Of a stretch of DNA of 64,000 bases, positions 40,361 through 51,124 are shown piece by piece. Numbering within the stretch: the first letter of the stretch is position 1; each line of letters opens with the position of its first letter. Origin of the DNA: an uncultured Acidobacteriota bacterium (GTDB taxonomy: Bacteria > Acidobacteriota > Terriglobia > UBA7540); assembly GCA_963804995.1 (NCBI GenBank), contig CAWDSK010000006.1, positions 1,184,001 through 1,248,000 on the forward strand, written 5' to 3'. The position numbers were made by a program, and so were the translations under genes. The notes beneath the pieces were generated by a model, which saw only the letters and a list, made by a program, of their open reading frames with translations, was not told the origin of the DNA and did no database searches.

Positions 40361-41946
40361 TTCGAATAACCCTCGGCCAGGAGTTTATAAGCTCGCGGGA
40401 CCCTCTCAAGAAGGTCCCCTGCTACCATGGAAGGTTGCCCCAAATCTCCGGCGGCCAGGTCGCCCGCCAGACCATGCAAGTATACCGCAGCTATCGAAAC
40501 TTCGCTTGCGGAATACGTGGGAAATTGTGCCAGAAGTCCGGCAATCAACCCTGTCAGGACGTCGCCAGTCCCGCCGGTAGCCATTCCCGGGTTGCCCGTG
40601 GGATTCACCCAAACTTGTCCATCCGGGCTGGCGACCAGGGTGCGAAATCCCTTGAGCACCAGGGTTATTCCAAAACGTGCGGAGAATTCGCGCGCCACTT
40701 GTACACGCTCAGCTTGGACCGCGGCTGTCGTGCCCCCGATAAGGCGGGCCATCTCACCGGGGTGCGGAGTGAACACCGTCGCACCGGTTGGCCGCGCCTC
40801 CTTACGAAAATCATCCATGTTGCCCGCAAAAGCGTTCAGACCATCCGCATCCAGAACAAGTGGCAGAGGGCAACGGTTGACGATCGACCGCACCAACTCA
40901 GCCGTCTCAGGATGCGAGCCCACCCCGGGCCCCACAGCCAACACGGTTTTCCCTGCCAGGAGTTTCTCCACGCGCCCATAATCCAACGCGCGAAGAGAGA
41001 GTGTGCCGTCTTCGGTTTCGGGAAGCGGCTCCGTCATGAATTCCACGCCCAGTCCTGCAATGATCGGCAGCGCACTTTTTGGAGTGGCGACCGTCACCAG
41101 CCCCGCACCCGCGCGCAGCGCAGCTCGCGCGGCCATGGCGGCTGCGCCGGTTTTGCCGATTGACCCCGCCATGATCAACACATGACCATAGTTCCCCTTA
41201 TGCCCCGCAGGCTTCCGGGGCTGTCCAATCCACTGGACATCCTGCTGGCAGGCATAATTCAAGGTGAGTCCAGGATCACTCTCCAGGGCTTCGCGGGGTG
41301 TGCCGATTTGCTTCACTACCCACTCTCCCACCTGCTCGCAAGCCGGAGGGAATACATGGGCAATCTTGGGAGCGGTAAAAGTGACGGAGAAACCCGCGCG
41401 CACGTGCTCGCCGATCAGATCACCTGTGTCCGCCGAAATCCCCGAGGGAAGGTCAACGGCCAGCACGCGCGCGGCCGGGAATGCCGCATTGATGTCTCTC
41501 ACGACTTCCAGCAGTAATCCTTCCAGCGGTTTCGCGAGTCCCGTTCCTAGCAATGCGTCCACAATCAGTGTCGCGTCGGCGAGTGATGCCTTCAGGGTGC
41601 GCCAAGCTTCCGGGCTGCCCACAACCTCCGGAGGAGCTGTGGCGCAAAGCCGTTCGTAATTCACGGCGGCGTCACCGCGCAATCCCTTGGGGTCGGTGAA
41701 AAGCAGAACGCGTGCCTCCACTCCTTTCTCCCGAAGCAGGCGCGCCACCACCATGCCATCACCGCCGTTGTTCCCCTTACCACAGAGGATCACGATGCGT
41801 TGTTGAGCGAGGGGGGCGAAACGCGTCTCAAGAACCTCCACCACGCCGCGTCCGGCGTTCTCCATCAGAGTGAGGCTGGGAACACCAAACCGTTCCGTCG
41901 TGATGCGATCAATCCGCTGCATTTCGGAGGCAGTCAAAATCTTCAT
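40357..41946 (-). CDS. nnr: Bifunctional NAD(P)H-hydrate epimerase/dehydratase
   Basis: LMENAG, GKGNNGGDG, DALLGTG, HKGNYG, DADGLN, TPHPGE, ATGGTGDVL. Confidence 0.93.
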   Translation of the reverse strand: MKILTASEMQRIDRITTERFGVPSLTLMENAGRGVVEVLETRFAPLAQQRIVILCGKGNNGGDGMVVARLLREKGVEARVLLFTDPKGLRGDAAVNYERLCATAPPEVVGSPEAWRTLKASLADATLIVDALLGTGLAKPLEGLLLEVVRDINAAFPAARVLAVDLPSGISADTGDLIGEHVRAGFSVTFTAPKIAHVFPPACEQVGEWVVKQIGTPREALESDPGLTLNYACQQDVQWIGQPRKPAGHKGNYGHVLIMAGSIGKTGAAAMAARAALRAGAGLVTVATPKSALPIIAGLGVEFMTEPLPETEDGTLSLRALDYGRVEKLLAGKTVLAVGPGVGSHPETAELVRSIVNRCPLPLVLDADGLNAFAGNMDDFRKEARPTGATVFTPHPGEMARLIGGTTAAVQAERVQVAREFSARFGITLVLKGFRTLVASPDGQVWVNPTGNPGMATGGTGDVLTGLIAGLLAQFPTYSASEVSIAAVYLHGLAGDLAAGDLGQPSMVAGDLLERVPRAYKLLAEGYSK

Positions 41947-41987
41947 AGCTGATTGTGTTGCCCGGAGAGGGCTCACCCGTTGAGGCG

Positions 41988-42295
41988 GTCAATCTAAGCC
42001 CGCGCTCCACTTACGTTGTCATTCTGAGCCCGCGCTGCACTTACGCTGTCATTGTGCGCCCACGCCACGCTTATGCTGTCATTCTGAGCATGCGCCACAC
42101 TTACGTTGTCATTCTGAGCCCGCACTTTGGGCGAAGAACCTCCGCAGTTCACTTCGTTCATCAACCCAGCAAACTACCGAGGTCCTTCGCTGCGCTCAGG
42201 ATGACAATTAATGGGCTTCGGATCCCTAACACTGAGTCGCCGACCCCGCGGACCGCCGAGGTCCTTCGCTCAAAAAACGGGCTCAGGATGACAAC
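41988..42295. repeat. Left repeat module: five 30-bp tandem units (GTCATTCTGAGC...) plus inverted GCTCAGGATGAC copies
   Basis: Units start at 41988, 42018, 42048, 42078, 42108; inverted copies at ~42194 and ~42281. Confidence 0.9.
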
Positions 42296-42594
42296 GAAGG
42301 GGCTTTTCCATACCAATCTTCGCTCAGGTCCCCCCACGCAGGATTACCAGCGATAATCAAGGCGACCTTTTTCGCACGCAGCCATCCCTTGATTTGCTTC
42401 TCACGCCGAATAGCGGCAAGCACGTCCCCGAAAACTTCGTAGTACGCCAGACGAGTAATGTTGTATTGGCTTGTGAATCCGGGGATCAGCTTGCCCTTGT
42501 GCTGGAGCACACGCCTCTTCAAATTGTTCGTCACACCCGTATAAAGCGTGCGGCTCTTATTGGTCATGATGTAGACGTAATAGGTTTTTGCCGC
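42283..42594 (-). CDS. Small GIY-YIG nuclease; start codon apparently lost
   Basis: KTYYVYIMTNKSRTLYTGVTNNLKRRVLQHK...AIRREKQIKGWLRAKK..NPAWGDL. The first ATG lies inside the GIY motif. Confidence 0.85.
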   Translation of the reverse strand, partial: AAKTYYVYIMTNKSRTLYTGVTNNLKRRVLQHKGKLIPGFTSQYNITRLAYYEVFGDVLAAIRREKQIKGWLRAKKVALIIAGNPAWGDLSEDWYGKAPSLSS

Positions 42595-42646
42595 GACCTA
42601 CCTCCCCGTGTTAGCCGACATTCCCGCAAATTACCTGTAATTTTGT

Positions 42647-42940
42647 AGCCGCTCCGCGCTTATGCTGTCAATCTGAGCCCGCTCTGAAATTACGCTGTCA
42701 CTCTGAGCATGCACCACGCTTATGCTGTCATTCTGAGCCCGCATTTTGGGCGAAGAACCCCCGTAGTTCACTTCGTTCATCAACCCGGCAAACTACCGGG
42801 GTCCTTCGCTGCGCTCAGGATGACAATTAATGGGCTTCGGATCCCTGACGTTGGATCACCAACCCCAGCAAACTACCGGGGTCCTTCGCCCAAAATGCGG
42901 GCTCAGGATGACAATTAATGGGCTGCGGACCCCTAACGCC
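42647..42940. repeat. Right repeat module, a direct repeat of the left module
   Basis: 30-bp units at 42667, 42697, 42727; 42697-42913 parallels 42078-42293. Confidence 0.9.
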
Positions 42941-42987
42941 GAATCCCCAACCCCATCACCCGGATCCCGTGTCCCGAGCCCCGGTCC

Positions 42988-43731
42988 TTACAGCATCCAT
43001 CCACCGCTGACATTAAGGACTTGGCCCGTAATGAAGGAGGCTTCCTCGGAGACAAAGAATTTTACGGCTTCCCCCACATCGCGACCAGTGGCAGGGCGGC
43101 CGACCGGGAAGCGCGCGTCGGTAAGCCGTTGGGCTTCCTCCAACGACAATTCCTTGTCGTCGATAACGGGCGGGTTTACCACGTTGGCGGTGATACCGTA
43201 TCGCGCCTCTTCCAGAGCCACGGACCGGGTAAAGGCCACAATTCCGGCTTTGGCGGCAGAATAAGCGGAGATCTTCGCCTGGCCAAATGCCCGCTCAGCG
43301 CCAACGGATCCCAGGTTGACGATGCGGCCCCAGTGCTGGCGGCGCATGATGGGCAGGGCAAACTTGGTTGCGTAGAAAACACTGTGAAGATTGGACGCGA
43401 TCACGGCGTTCCATTCTTCCACCGTGGATTCCACCACCGGCTTCCATTCGAAGTCGCCGACATTGTTCACCAGGACATCAAGCCTCCCGAAGTGCTTGGC
43501 GACAGCCTCGATCATTTCCTTGACGCGCACGTGGTCAGTCACTTCCGTGGCCAAGGCGAGCCCTTCGGAACCCAAAGCGCGAAGATTGGCGACCACTTTT
43601 TGCGCGCCCAATTTATTAGTGCGGTAAGTTAGCGCCACCCGCAGACCCGCACGACCCAGGGTTAAGGCAATCTCCTTGCCTATTCCGCGCGAAGCTCCGG
43701 TCACTAAAGCAACACGATTGCGGAGGGCCAC
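42988..43731 (-). CDS. SDR oxidoreductase (FabG-like)
   Basis: TGASRGIG, NNVG, YSAAK, TGQVLNVSGG. Confidence 0.88.
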   Translation of the reverse strand: MALRNRVALVTGASRGIGKEIALTLGRAGLRVALTYRTNKLGAQKVVANLRALGSEGLALATEVTDHVRVKEMIEAVAKHFGRLDVLVNNVGDFEWKPVVESTVEEWNAVIASNLHSVFYATKFALPIMRRQHWGRIVNLGSVGAERAFGQAKISAYSAAKAGIVAFTRSVALEEARYGITANVVNPPVIDDKELSLEEAQRLTDARFPVGRPATGRDVGEAVKFFVSEEASFITGQVLNVSGGWML

Positions 43732-43808
43732 TTGTCAGCTCCTCTATCAGGGGATTAATGCAAGAGTCTATCGAACTTCGCGCGAACGGGCAACGGCCTC
43801 CTGCAGGT

Positions 43809-45938
43809 TTAATCAACCGCCTGCGCCAGAACTAGCGTCATATCATCCTGAAGCTCCGGGCTGCCCGTCCATTCGTTCACGCTGCGGTAGATTTCTTCCG
43901 CCAGAGCCTCCGGGGAGGCGCGTAGTGCGCGTTGGGTCACCTCCAGAACTCGGGATTCCCCAAACTCTTCTCCGTAAATATTCTCGGGTTCGGTTATGCC
44001 GTCTGTGAAGGCCAGCAAGAGGTCCCCAGGTTCAAGCTGGACGGCTCCCTCCTGGTAGGAGACAGACGGAAAGAGCCCCACCACGGTCCCTCCCGCGCGA
44101 AGGCGTTCAATCCTGTTGCCGTGAAAAAGCACGGGGGGCAGATGGCCAGCGTTCGTGTAAGAGAGCTGGCGCGTCCGGGAATCATAAACGGCAAAGAAGA
44201 ATGTGACGTATTTTTCTAAGGGCGTGTTCTCGTAAAGCTGGTGATTCAATCGGTCCACAACCTGAGCAGTCGATACCTGGGCGAGTTTGGAATCAGGGCC
44301 CGCCGCCCAGCCCTCATAAAACTGGGCCCGCAGAGCCGATTGAATGCCCGCCATTAACAGGGCAGCGGAGATTCCCTTCCCGCTCACATCCCCCAGAACC
44401 AATCCCACCCGGTTCTCGTCCAGCTTCAGGAAGTCATAATAATCGCCGCTGACTGAACGCGCCGCTTTACAAACTCCATGGAGTTTCAGACCTGGAATTT
44501 GCGGCGCCGCCTGGGGAAAGAGCCGTTCCTGCACTTCGCGCGCGATGTCCAATTCGCTCTGCAAGCGCATCCTTTCCTGAGATTCCTTGAGCAGCCGCTC
44601 AACTGAGGCCGTCATGCTGTCAAAGGCTTCGCCGAGGGCCGTCAACTGGTCACGGGGAGGAAAATGCGTCCGGTAGGAGAAATCCCCCGCCTTAACCCGC
44701 TCGGTTGCTTCGTAAAGCGTGTCCACGGTACGGGTCATGGACCGCGCCAGCCGCACGCCGATCAGCAGCGCCACACCGGCAATTACCAGGAAAATGATCA
44801 GCACCGCTTTGAATAAATACACCACCCTTTGGGACAGGTCCCCCAGTGTCGCCAATAGTTTGCCGTTGAGTGCCAAAATCCGGGAGAACACGTAGACAAG
44901 GGCTGGGGAAACAGCTTTCTCTTCTTTTTCCCCGCCCCAGAGGATCGGGTCCAATGAGGACATGCCGTAGACAGTAAAATCGAAGAAATTTTCAGGTTCA
45001 GGGAGCGCCACCGACTTGGATCTGACCGTGCCGGTCTGTACAAAGGTGCCATTGGACGTTCGGGTTCTGGGTCCCGGCAGGTTCGGCCCCGCAGGCCTCA
45101 TCGTCCACACTGCCACCGGACCTATCCCCTCTCCCACCAGATCCAGCAATTCGGGCGTGAAGGGTTGCGACAGGACTACGGTCAACTTCCCCGCGGTCGT
45201 TTGGGTGCGTTCCATGGAGCGCAAAGCGATCTGGCCCTCGTCAACAACCACGCCCGCGAATTCCCCCCCCTCTAACCAATTGGGTATGGTCACGGGATCG
45301 TTAACCGGTTCTCCGCTCAAAAGGAAGGCGCGAGCGGTATTGCCCAGACGGAGCGTGATGGTCAAGCCCGGGTAGCTTTTCGCATGCTCGATCATCTCCG
45401 TAACGTAGAACTTCTGAATCCGCGCCAGCATGGCCTGCGGCGATTTTTCGCCCGTGAACCGTGCCTCCTCCAGCACCACACGGTTGACTTGTTCGATTTC
45501 ATCAAAGTGGTCGCGCAGCTTAAGGACAACCAGGAAAGCAGCAAATTGCCCATTGACAATGAAGGCCGCCAGGAAGGCCAGGACAAGGATGAGGGAAATG
45601 GGGATAACACCGATGAAAATGTAGGCTACCAACAGGCGCCGGCGAAGTCGCCAGAGTACGCGATTCCGAACGAACCCAAAGAACCGGCCCAGGTAGTAGA
45701 AACCTGCGACGAGGGCGCAAACCCAGAAAAAGAACCACAGCAACCCCGGGACGCCGCCACTCGAGCGAGTAAGCCGGTCGGCAAGCCAGAGAGCGGCGCC
45801 GTACGCCAGGGCCCAGACTGTGAAGCGGGCCATGCGGCGCGTCCGGTACTCCTGAAGGAGACTTTCCAACATCAGGGTGAGCATACCAGCGTGCGGCGCT
45901 TTTCGCCACGCGGGAAAGGAGGAGCCGTTTGGACTCAA
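43809..45938 (-). CDS. Membrane-bound HAMP + SpoIIE/PP2C phosphatase (RsbU-like)
   Basis: VSGDYYDF, GDVSGKG, NAGH, FTDGITE, QDDMT; start approximate. Confidence 0.9.
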   Translation of the reverse strand: MSPNGSSFPAWRKAPHAGMLTLMLESLLQEYRTRRMARFTVWALAYGAALWLADRLTRSSGGVPGLLWFFFWVCALVAGFYYLGRFFGFVRNRVLWRLRRRLLVAYIFIGVIPISLILVLAFLAAFIVNGQFAAFLVVLKLRDHFDEIEQVNRVVLEEARFTGEKSPQAMLARIQKFYVTEMIEHAKSYPGLTITLRLGNTARAFLLSGEPVNDPVTIPNWLEGGEFAGVVVDEGQIALRSMERTQTTAGKLTVVLSQPFTPELLDLVGEGIGPVAVWTMRPAGPNLPGPRTRTSNGTFVQTGTVRSKSVALPEPENFFDFTVYGMSSLDPILWGGEKEEKAVSPALVYVFSRILALNGKLLATLGDLSQRVVYLFKAVLIIFLVIAGVALLIGVRLARSMTRTVDTLYEATERVKAGDFSYRTHFPPRDQLTALGEAFDSMTASVERLLKESQERMRLQSELDIAREVQERLFPQAAPQIPGLKLHGVCKAARSVSGDYYDFLKLDENRVGLVLGDVSGKGISAALLMAGIQSALRAQFYEGWAAGPDSKLAQVSTAQVVDRLNHQLYENTPLEKYVTFFFAVYDSRTRQLSYTNAGHLPPVLFHGNRIERLRAGGTVVGLFPSVSYQEGAVQLEPGDLLLAFTDGITEPENIYGEEFGESRVLEVTQRALRASPEALAEEIYRSVNEWTGSPELQDDMTLVLAQAVD

Positions 45939-47509
45939 CCCGTTGAAGAAGCGCCCGGGACCACAGATTTCGCGGCCTCGGCTGCCTGCACCCGGCTGTG
46001 CTTTCTCCCATAGCTGAAGTAGATGGCCATACCCACGATCAGCCAGATGATCAGGCGCATCCAGGTGCTGAAAGGCAGGCTCGCCATCAATCCCAAAGAA
46101 ACCAACATCCCCAGAATGGGTACGAGTGGCACCAGAGGAGTCTTGAAAGCTCGCGGCAGGTCAGGACGTTTGACGCGCAAGACCCAGACCCCGGCGCAGA
46201 CGATGACGAACGCCAGCAGCGTCCCGATACTCACCAGTTCACCTAGAATCCCAATCGGAATCAAGGCTGCAAAGACTGCAACGAACAAGCCGACCAGGAT
46301 CGTGGAGATATAAGGGGTGCGGAAACGCGGGTGGATGGCGCTGGCCCACTGTGGCAACAGGCCATCGTGTGACATCGAATAGAACACCCTTGATTGACCC
46401 AGCAACATCACCAGCATGACCGTCCCCAACCCAAAGATCGCTCCTATTTTGACCATGAAACTTCCCCAACGCACACCCGGCACCGCGTCAATCCCGATCG
46501 CCACGGGGTCGGATACGTTGAGCGCGGTATAAGGGACTACGCCGGTAAGCAATCCGGAAACCGCGATGTACAGAACGGTGCAAATGATGAGAGAACCCAG
46601 GATGCCGATAGGCATATCCCGTTTGGGGTTCTTGGCTTCTTGCGCTGCCGTAGAGACCGCGTCAAAGCCAATGTAGGCAAAAAAGATTACCGCCGCACCA
46701 CGCGCAATCCCCGACCAGCCGTAACTCCCATACTCTCCCAGGTTCGGGGGAATAAAGGGATGCCAGTTCTTCCAAAAGAGTGAGGGATTGTGGAGAAAGT
46801 AATAGCCCACGACGCAGATGAAAACGAGAACGATCGAAACCTTAACCATGACGATGGCACTGTTCAGGTTCGCCGATTCCTTGATGCCAATCACCAGCAC
46901 GAGGGTAACGGCCAGGATGGCAAAGAAAGCCACCAGATCACAATAGGCGGTCCGGTGAGGCAAGGTATCGGGATTGACGCCTGCGGCGGTGAGAGAGGCT
47001 TGAATGCGGGACAGGTGTTCCCAGTGATTGTTGTAATTCACCAGTGCCTCACCGTGGGCGCTGGTGAATTGGGGCGGGATGCGAATCCCAAAATCCTGCA
47101 AAAAGCTGAGCACGTAACCACTCCAGCCGGAGGCCACGGTGGCCGCGCCAAAAGCGTACTCCAGGATCAAATCCCACCCGATAATCCAGGCAAAGATCTC
47201 GCCCAGAGTGGCGTATCCGTAAGTGTACGCCGAGCCCGCAATGGGAATCAGCGAGGCAAACTCCGCGTAGCACAACCCCGCGAAGGCGCAGGCCAGCCCC
47301 GCCAATACAAAGGACAGGACGATGGCCGGACCCGCATATTTCGCCGCCGCCGCCCCGGTCAGAACAAAGATGCCGGCTCCGATAATGGCCCCAATCCCCA
47401 AGGTCATAAGGTTGACGGGCCCCAGAACCCGCCGCAGGGTGCGCTCACCATGCTCGGCCGCTTCCACCTGAATCATTTCCAGCGTCTTCTTCGCCAGCAA
47501 GTTCGCCAT
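45935..47509 (-). CDS. Amino acid permease (APC, cationic type)
   Basis: GIGAIIGAGIF, GSAYTY, FAYIGFDAV. Confidence 0.9.
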   Translation of the reverse strand: MANLLAKKTLEMIQVEAAEHGERTLRRVLGPVNLMTLGIGAIIGAGIFVLTGAAAAKYAGPAIVLSFVLAGLACAFAGLCYAEFASLIPIAGSAYTYGYATLGEIFAWIIGWDLILEYAFGAATVASGWSGYVLSFLQDFGIRIPPQFTSAHGEALVNYNNHWEHLSRIQASLTAAGVNPDTLPHRTAYCDLVAFFAILAVTLVLVIGIKESANLNSAIVMVKVSIVLVFICVVGYYFLHNPSLFWKNWHPFIPPNLGEYGSYGWSGIARGAAVIFFAYIGFDAVSTAAQEAKNPKRDMPIGILGSLIICTVLYIAVSGLLTGVVPYTALNVSDPVAIGIDAVPGVRWGSFMVKIGAIFGLGTVMLVMLLGQSRVFYSMSHDGLLPQWASAIHPRFRTPYISTILVGLFVAVFAALIPIGILGELVSIGTLLAFVIVCAGVWVLRVKRPDLPRAFKTPLVPLVPILGMLVSLGLMASLPFSTWMRLIIWLIVGMAIYFSYGRKHSRVQAAEAAKSVVPGASSTG

Positions 47510-47605
47510 GAGGTGTTCTTATCTCCTTATATTCAAGATGGCCCAGTAATCTATCGGCCCGGGCTCCCTACATGAGGGGGCTCGCGCCGGTCCCTCCCGG
47601 TTCCA

Positions 47606-49078
47606 CTAACAGGGCCGGTTCGCCGTCGACCTGCGCCAAAGATAATAAACCGGAATGCCAATCGCTACGATACACAATCCGGCAACACACTGGAGCGCCG
47701 TGTGGGTCAGCAAAGCCCATTCCACAAACGACGCAACGATGATGTACAGCAGAGGCAAGACCGGGTAGCCCCAGGATCGATAGGGGCGCGCCGCATCCGG
47801 GCGGGTGCGCCGGAGCCGGAAGATCCCCGCGATGGTGAGAATATAGAACAGGACCACGGCGAAAATCACGTAGTCCAGCAATTCGCTATAGGTCCCCGTG
47901 AGGGTCAAGAGAGCGGCCCAAATTGCCTGCACCACCAGCGAAGCTGCCGGGGTATGGTACTTGGGATTGACCTTTCCCACCGAGGAAAAAAAGAGGCCGT
48001 CTTTCGCCATGGCATAGTACACTCGCGCGCCGGCGAGAATCATCCCATTCATACAGCCGAAGGTTGAGATCATGATGGCGGCCGCCATGAGCCCCACCCC
48101 CCTTCCGCCCAGCATGACTTGCATGGCGGCGGTGGCCACGCGGTCCTCCGCCGCGTACTGAATGCCTCGCTCCAGCACACCGCCCTGGGCTGACCCGAAA
48201 AACGGCAAGGCCCGATAGTAAACCCAATTGCAGGCGAGGTAGATTCCGCAAACCGTGGTGGTGCCTACCAAGAGCGCCAGGGGCAAGTTACGCTTGGCAT
48301 TCTGGACCTCGCCCCCCGCAAAGGTAACGTTGTTCCAGGCGTCGGAAGCGAACAACGGGCCGACGAGTGCCGCGCAAAGCAGCGTGAGGGTTGCCAGGTC
48401 CCAATGCGCGCCTTGCCAAAAGCCTTGAGCGGAAGCTGCCGGGACGGGATGCCCAAACGCCCACCACACGCCCAGCGCCACCAATCCCAAAAGCGCTCCG
48501 ACCTTGAGAACCGTAAAAATATTCTGGACCCACGCCCCCATTCGCAACCCGAATACATTCAGGGTGCTCAAGAAGATCAGAGCCAGGATGGCGATCAATT
48601 GCTGAGATGAGAAGGTGAGGGGGACCAGGTGGCCGAACACTGCCAAAGTTCCGAAGTTTATCAAGATATTGTGCGAAGAAACCCCGGGAACAAACACTCC
48701 CAGAAACTTTCCGAAGGCCACCGCGACCGCAGCCAGAGTCCCGGTTTGAATGACCAGGAAGAGCGTCCAGCCGTAGAGGAAGCCGAAGAGCGGGCCAAAA
48801 GCTTCGCGCAGGTACACGTACTGGCCGCCGGCCCGCGGCATCATGCCCGCCAGTTCACCGTAACTGACAGCGGCGACAATCGTCATCAACCCGCTGATCA
48901 CCCAACTGAGAAGAAAAAGTCCAGGCGCATGCACTTGCCGGGCAACGTCAGCGGCGACAATGAAAATCCCCGAGCCGATCATCGAGCCCATCACGATGGT
49001 GGTGGCATCGATAAGCCCGAGCCCCTTCACGAGTTCGGAGGACTGTGCGCTGGCGGGAGTGGATGAAGTTGTGGCCAT
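47606..49078 (-). CDS. Amino acid permease (APC)
   Basis: GSMIGSGIF, AGGQYVYL, ARVYYAMAKDGLF. Confidence 0.9.
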   Translation of the reverse strand: MATTSSTPASAQSSELVKGLGLIDATTIVMGSMIGSGIFIVAADVARQVHAPGLFLLSWVISGLMTIVAAVSYGELAGMMPRAGGQYVYLREAFGPLFGFLYGWTLFLVIQTGTLAAVAVAFGKFLGVFVPGVSSHNILINFGTLAVFGHLVPLTFSSQQLIAILALIFLSTLNVFGLRMGAWVQNIFTVLKVGALLGLVALGVWWAFGHPVPAASAQGFWQGAHWDLATLTLLCAALVGPLFASDAWNNVTFAGGEVQNAKRNLPLALLVGTTTVCGIYLACNWVYYRALPFFGSAQGGVLERGIQYAAEDRVATAAMQVMLGGRGVGLMAAAIMISTFGCMNGMILAGARVYYAMAKDGLFFSSVGKVNPKYHTPAASLVVQAIWAALLTLTGTYSELLDYVIFAVVLFYILTIAGIFRLRRTRPDAARPYRSWGYPVLPLLYIIVASFVEWALLTHTALQCVAGLCIVAIGIPVYYLWRRSTANRPC

Positions 49079-49111
49079 GGTGAAACGGGTGTGTCTGTCC
49101 GGGATTCAGGG

Positions 49112-49738
49112 TCAAGCCCCCAAGAGCTCCAGAAACTCTTCCGCACGCTGGCGGATATCCGGCGCACCCAGCAAGCCGCGGATGACCGCCACTGAATCCG
49201 CACCGGCCTCGAGCACCGCCTGGGCATTCTCCAGGGTGATGCCGCCGATGGCCACCAGCGGTTTGCGCGTGGCTTGGCGGGCCTGGCGCAAGCCTTCGAG
49301 GCCCACCACCGGGTCAGGATTCTGCTTGCTCGCCGTGGGGAACATCGGGCCAAAAGCAATGTAATCCGCCGAGGAGTGGTCCGCTTCCCTTACCTGCTCC
49401 AGCATGTGGGTCGAATAGCCCACCCATTTGCCGGGGGGGAGGATACTCCGCGCGGCTTCCACGGGCAGATCCTCCTGGCCCACATGCACGCCATCGGCAT
49501 CCACGGCGGAGGCGATGTCAGCGCGATCGTTGACAATAAAAATGCCCTGAGATTGATGCACCAGCTCTTGGACCCGCCGGGCACCGGACCAGAGCTCGCG
49601 GGAGGACGCGCGCTTATCACGGAGTTGAATAAGCCTCACGCCCGCCGATAGCAACGCCGCCGCCACCTCGAGGGGGGACCGGTCCCCCGCCTGAGCGGGG
49701 TCAATTATGGCATAGAGGCGTGGGATTACAAGCTGCAT
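49112..49738 (-). CDS. thiE: Thiamine phosphate synthase
   Basis: IQLRDK, IVND, GVHVGQED, STH, VAIGGI. Confidence 0.92.
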   Translation of the reverse strand: MQLVIPRLYAIIDPAQAGDRSPLEVAAALLSAGVRLIQLRDKRASSRELWSGARRVQELVHQSQGIFIVNDRADIASAVDADGVHVGQEDLPVEAARSILPPGKWVGYSTHMLEQVREADHSSADYIAFGPMFPTASKQNPDPVVGLEGLRQARQATRKPLVAIGGITLENAQAVLEAGADSVAVIRGLLGAPDIRQRAEEFLELLGA

Positions 49739-49758
49739 GGCTCCGCCGTTGCCCGGTC

Positions 49759-51111
49759 TCAGGAGGGGTTTTCGCCATTGCGGGCGAAGCGCTCAAGGAA
49801 GTGCGTATCGAAGTTGCCCGCCTGGAAATCAGGGTCGGCCATGATTTTCTGATGAACAGGTACGGAAGTAGATATGCCCTCGATAATAAACATTTCGAGA
49901 GCCCGCGTCATGCGGTTAATGGCCTCCGGGCGGTCCTTGCCATGCACAATCAGCTTGGCGATGAGGGAGTCATAATAGGGCGGGATGACGGACTCCGCAT
50001 AGGCCGCCGTATCGACCCGCACGCCGGTGCCGCCGGGTTCGTGGAAGACCGTTACCTTCCCGGCGGAGGGAGCGAACGTCTGGGGGTTTTCCGCGCAGAT
50101 CCGGCACTCGATGGCGTGCCCGCGCAGGCCCAGGGTTTCACCCTCGAAGGGCAGTTTCCCGCCCGTGGCAATCAGGATCTGCAACTTCACCAGGTCCAAC
50201 CCCGTCACCATTTCCGTGACCGGGTGTTCCACCTGAATGCGGGTATTCATTTCCAGGAAATAGAGTTTGCGATTCTCATCCATCAGCAACTCAACCGTGC
50301 CGGCGCTGGTGTAACCAATTTCCTGGAGGGCCGTGACAATTTGATGACCCACGCGCAGCCGGGTTTCCTTGTCGATCTGTGTGGAGGGTGACTCCTCCAC
50401 CAGTTTCTGGTGGCGGCGTTGGATGGTGCATTCGCGCTCGCCTAAATGCACCACCTTGCCATGCTGGTCTCCCAGAACCTGAAATTCAATGTGCCGGGGG
50501 GAGGAAATGTATTTCTCCACATAAACGTCCGGAGTGCCGAAGGATGCCGCAGCCTCATTCTGCGCGGTCCGCAGGAGGTGCGGCAAATCTTCCGCCGAGT
50601 GGACAATGCGCATGCCGCGGCCGCCCCCGCCCGCCACGGCTTTTACCAGGACCGGATAGCCGATCCGCTTCGCCTCTTCCAGCGCCGCTTCTTCCGACGG
50701 GATCACCTCAGAGCCTGGCAGCACGGGTAGTCCCAGCTCCAGCATCCTGTTTCGGGCCCGGTTCTTGTCACCCATCAGGTGGATGACCTCCGGTTTGGGG
50801 CCGATAAAGGTTAGATTGGAAGCTTCGCAGACCTCCGCAAAGTAGGCGCTTTCCGCCAGGAAGCCATAACCCGGATGAATGGCTTCGGCGCCGGTAATCT
50901 CCGCAGCCGAAATAATGCTGGCCACGTTCAGATAGCTGTCGGAGCTGCGCGGTGGACCGATACACACGGCCTCATCCGCAAACCGCACGTGGAGGGAATA
51001 ACGGTCAGCCTCTGAGTACACCGCGACGGTCCGAATTCCCAGCTCCTTGCAGGCGCAAATCACCCGTAGAGCAATTTCCCCGCGATTAGCAATCAGGATT
51101 TTGTTGAACAT
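49759..51111 (-). CDS. accC: Acetyl-CoA carboxylase biotin carboxylase
   Basis: [38 protein letters not shown]. Confidence 0.96.
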   Translation of the reverse strand: MFNKILIANRGEIALRVICACKELGIRTVAVYSEADRYSLHVRFADEAVCIGPPRSSDSYLNVASIISAAEITGAEAIHPGYGFLAESAYFAEVCEASNLTFIGPKPEVIHLMGDKNRARNRMLELGLPVLPGSEVIPSEEAALEEAKRIGYPVLVKAVAGGGGRGMRIVHSAEDLPHLLRTAQNEAAASFGTPDVYVEKYISSPRHIEFQVLGDQHGKVVHLGERECTIQRRHQKLVEESPSTQIDKETRLRVGHQIVTALQEIGYTSAGTVELLMDENRKLYFLEMNTRIQVEHPVTEMVTGLDLVKLQILIATGGKLPFEGETLGLRGHAIECRICAENPQTFAPSAGKVTVFHEPGGTGVRVDTAAYAESVIPPYYDSLIAKLIVHGKDRPEAINRMTRALEMFIIEGISTSVPVHQKIMADPDFQAGNFDTHFLERFARNGENPS

Positions 51112-51124
51112 GTCTCGAAAAAGA

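Noticed and set aside
41988..42140. CRISPR array
   Set aside because: The 30-bp units are head-to-tail with similar, not unique, variable parts; no cas genes.
49738..49760. TPP riboswitch for thiE
   Set aside because: Only 20 bp separate accC and thiE, and no TPP motif is present.
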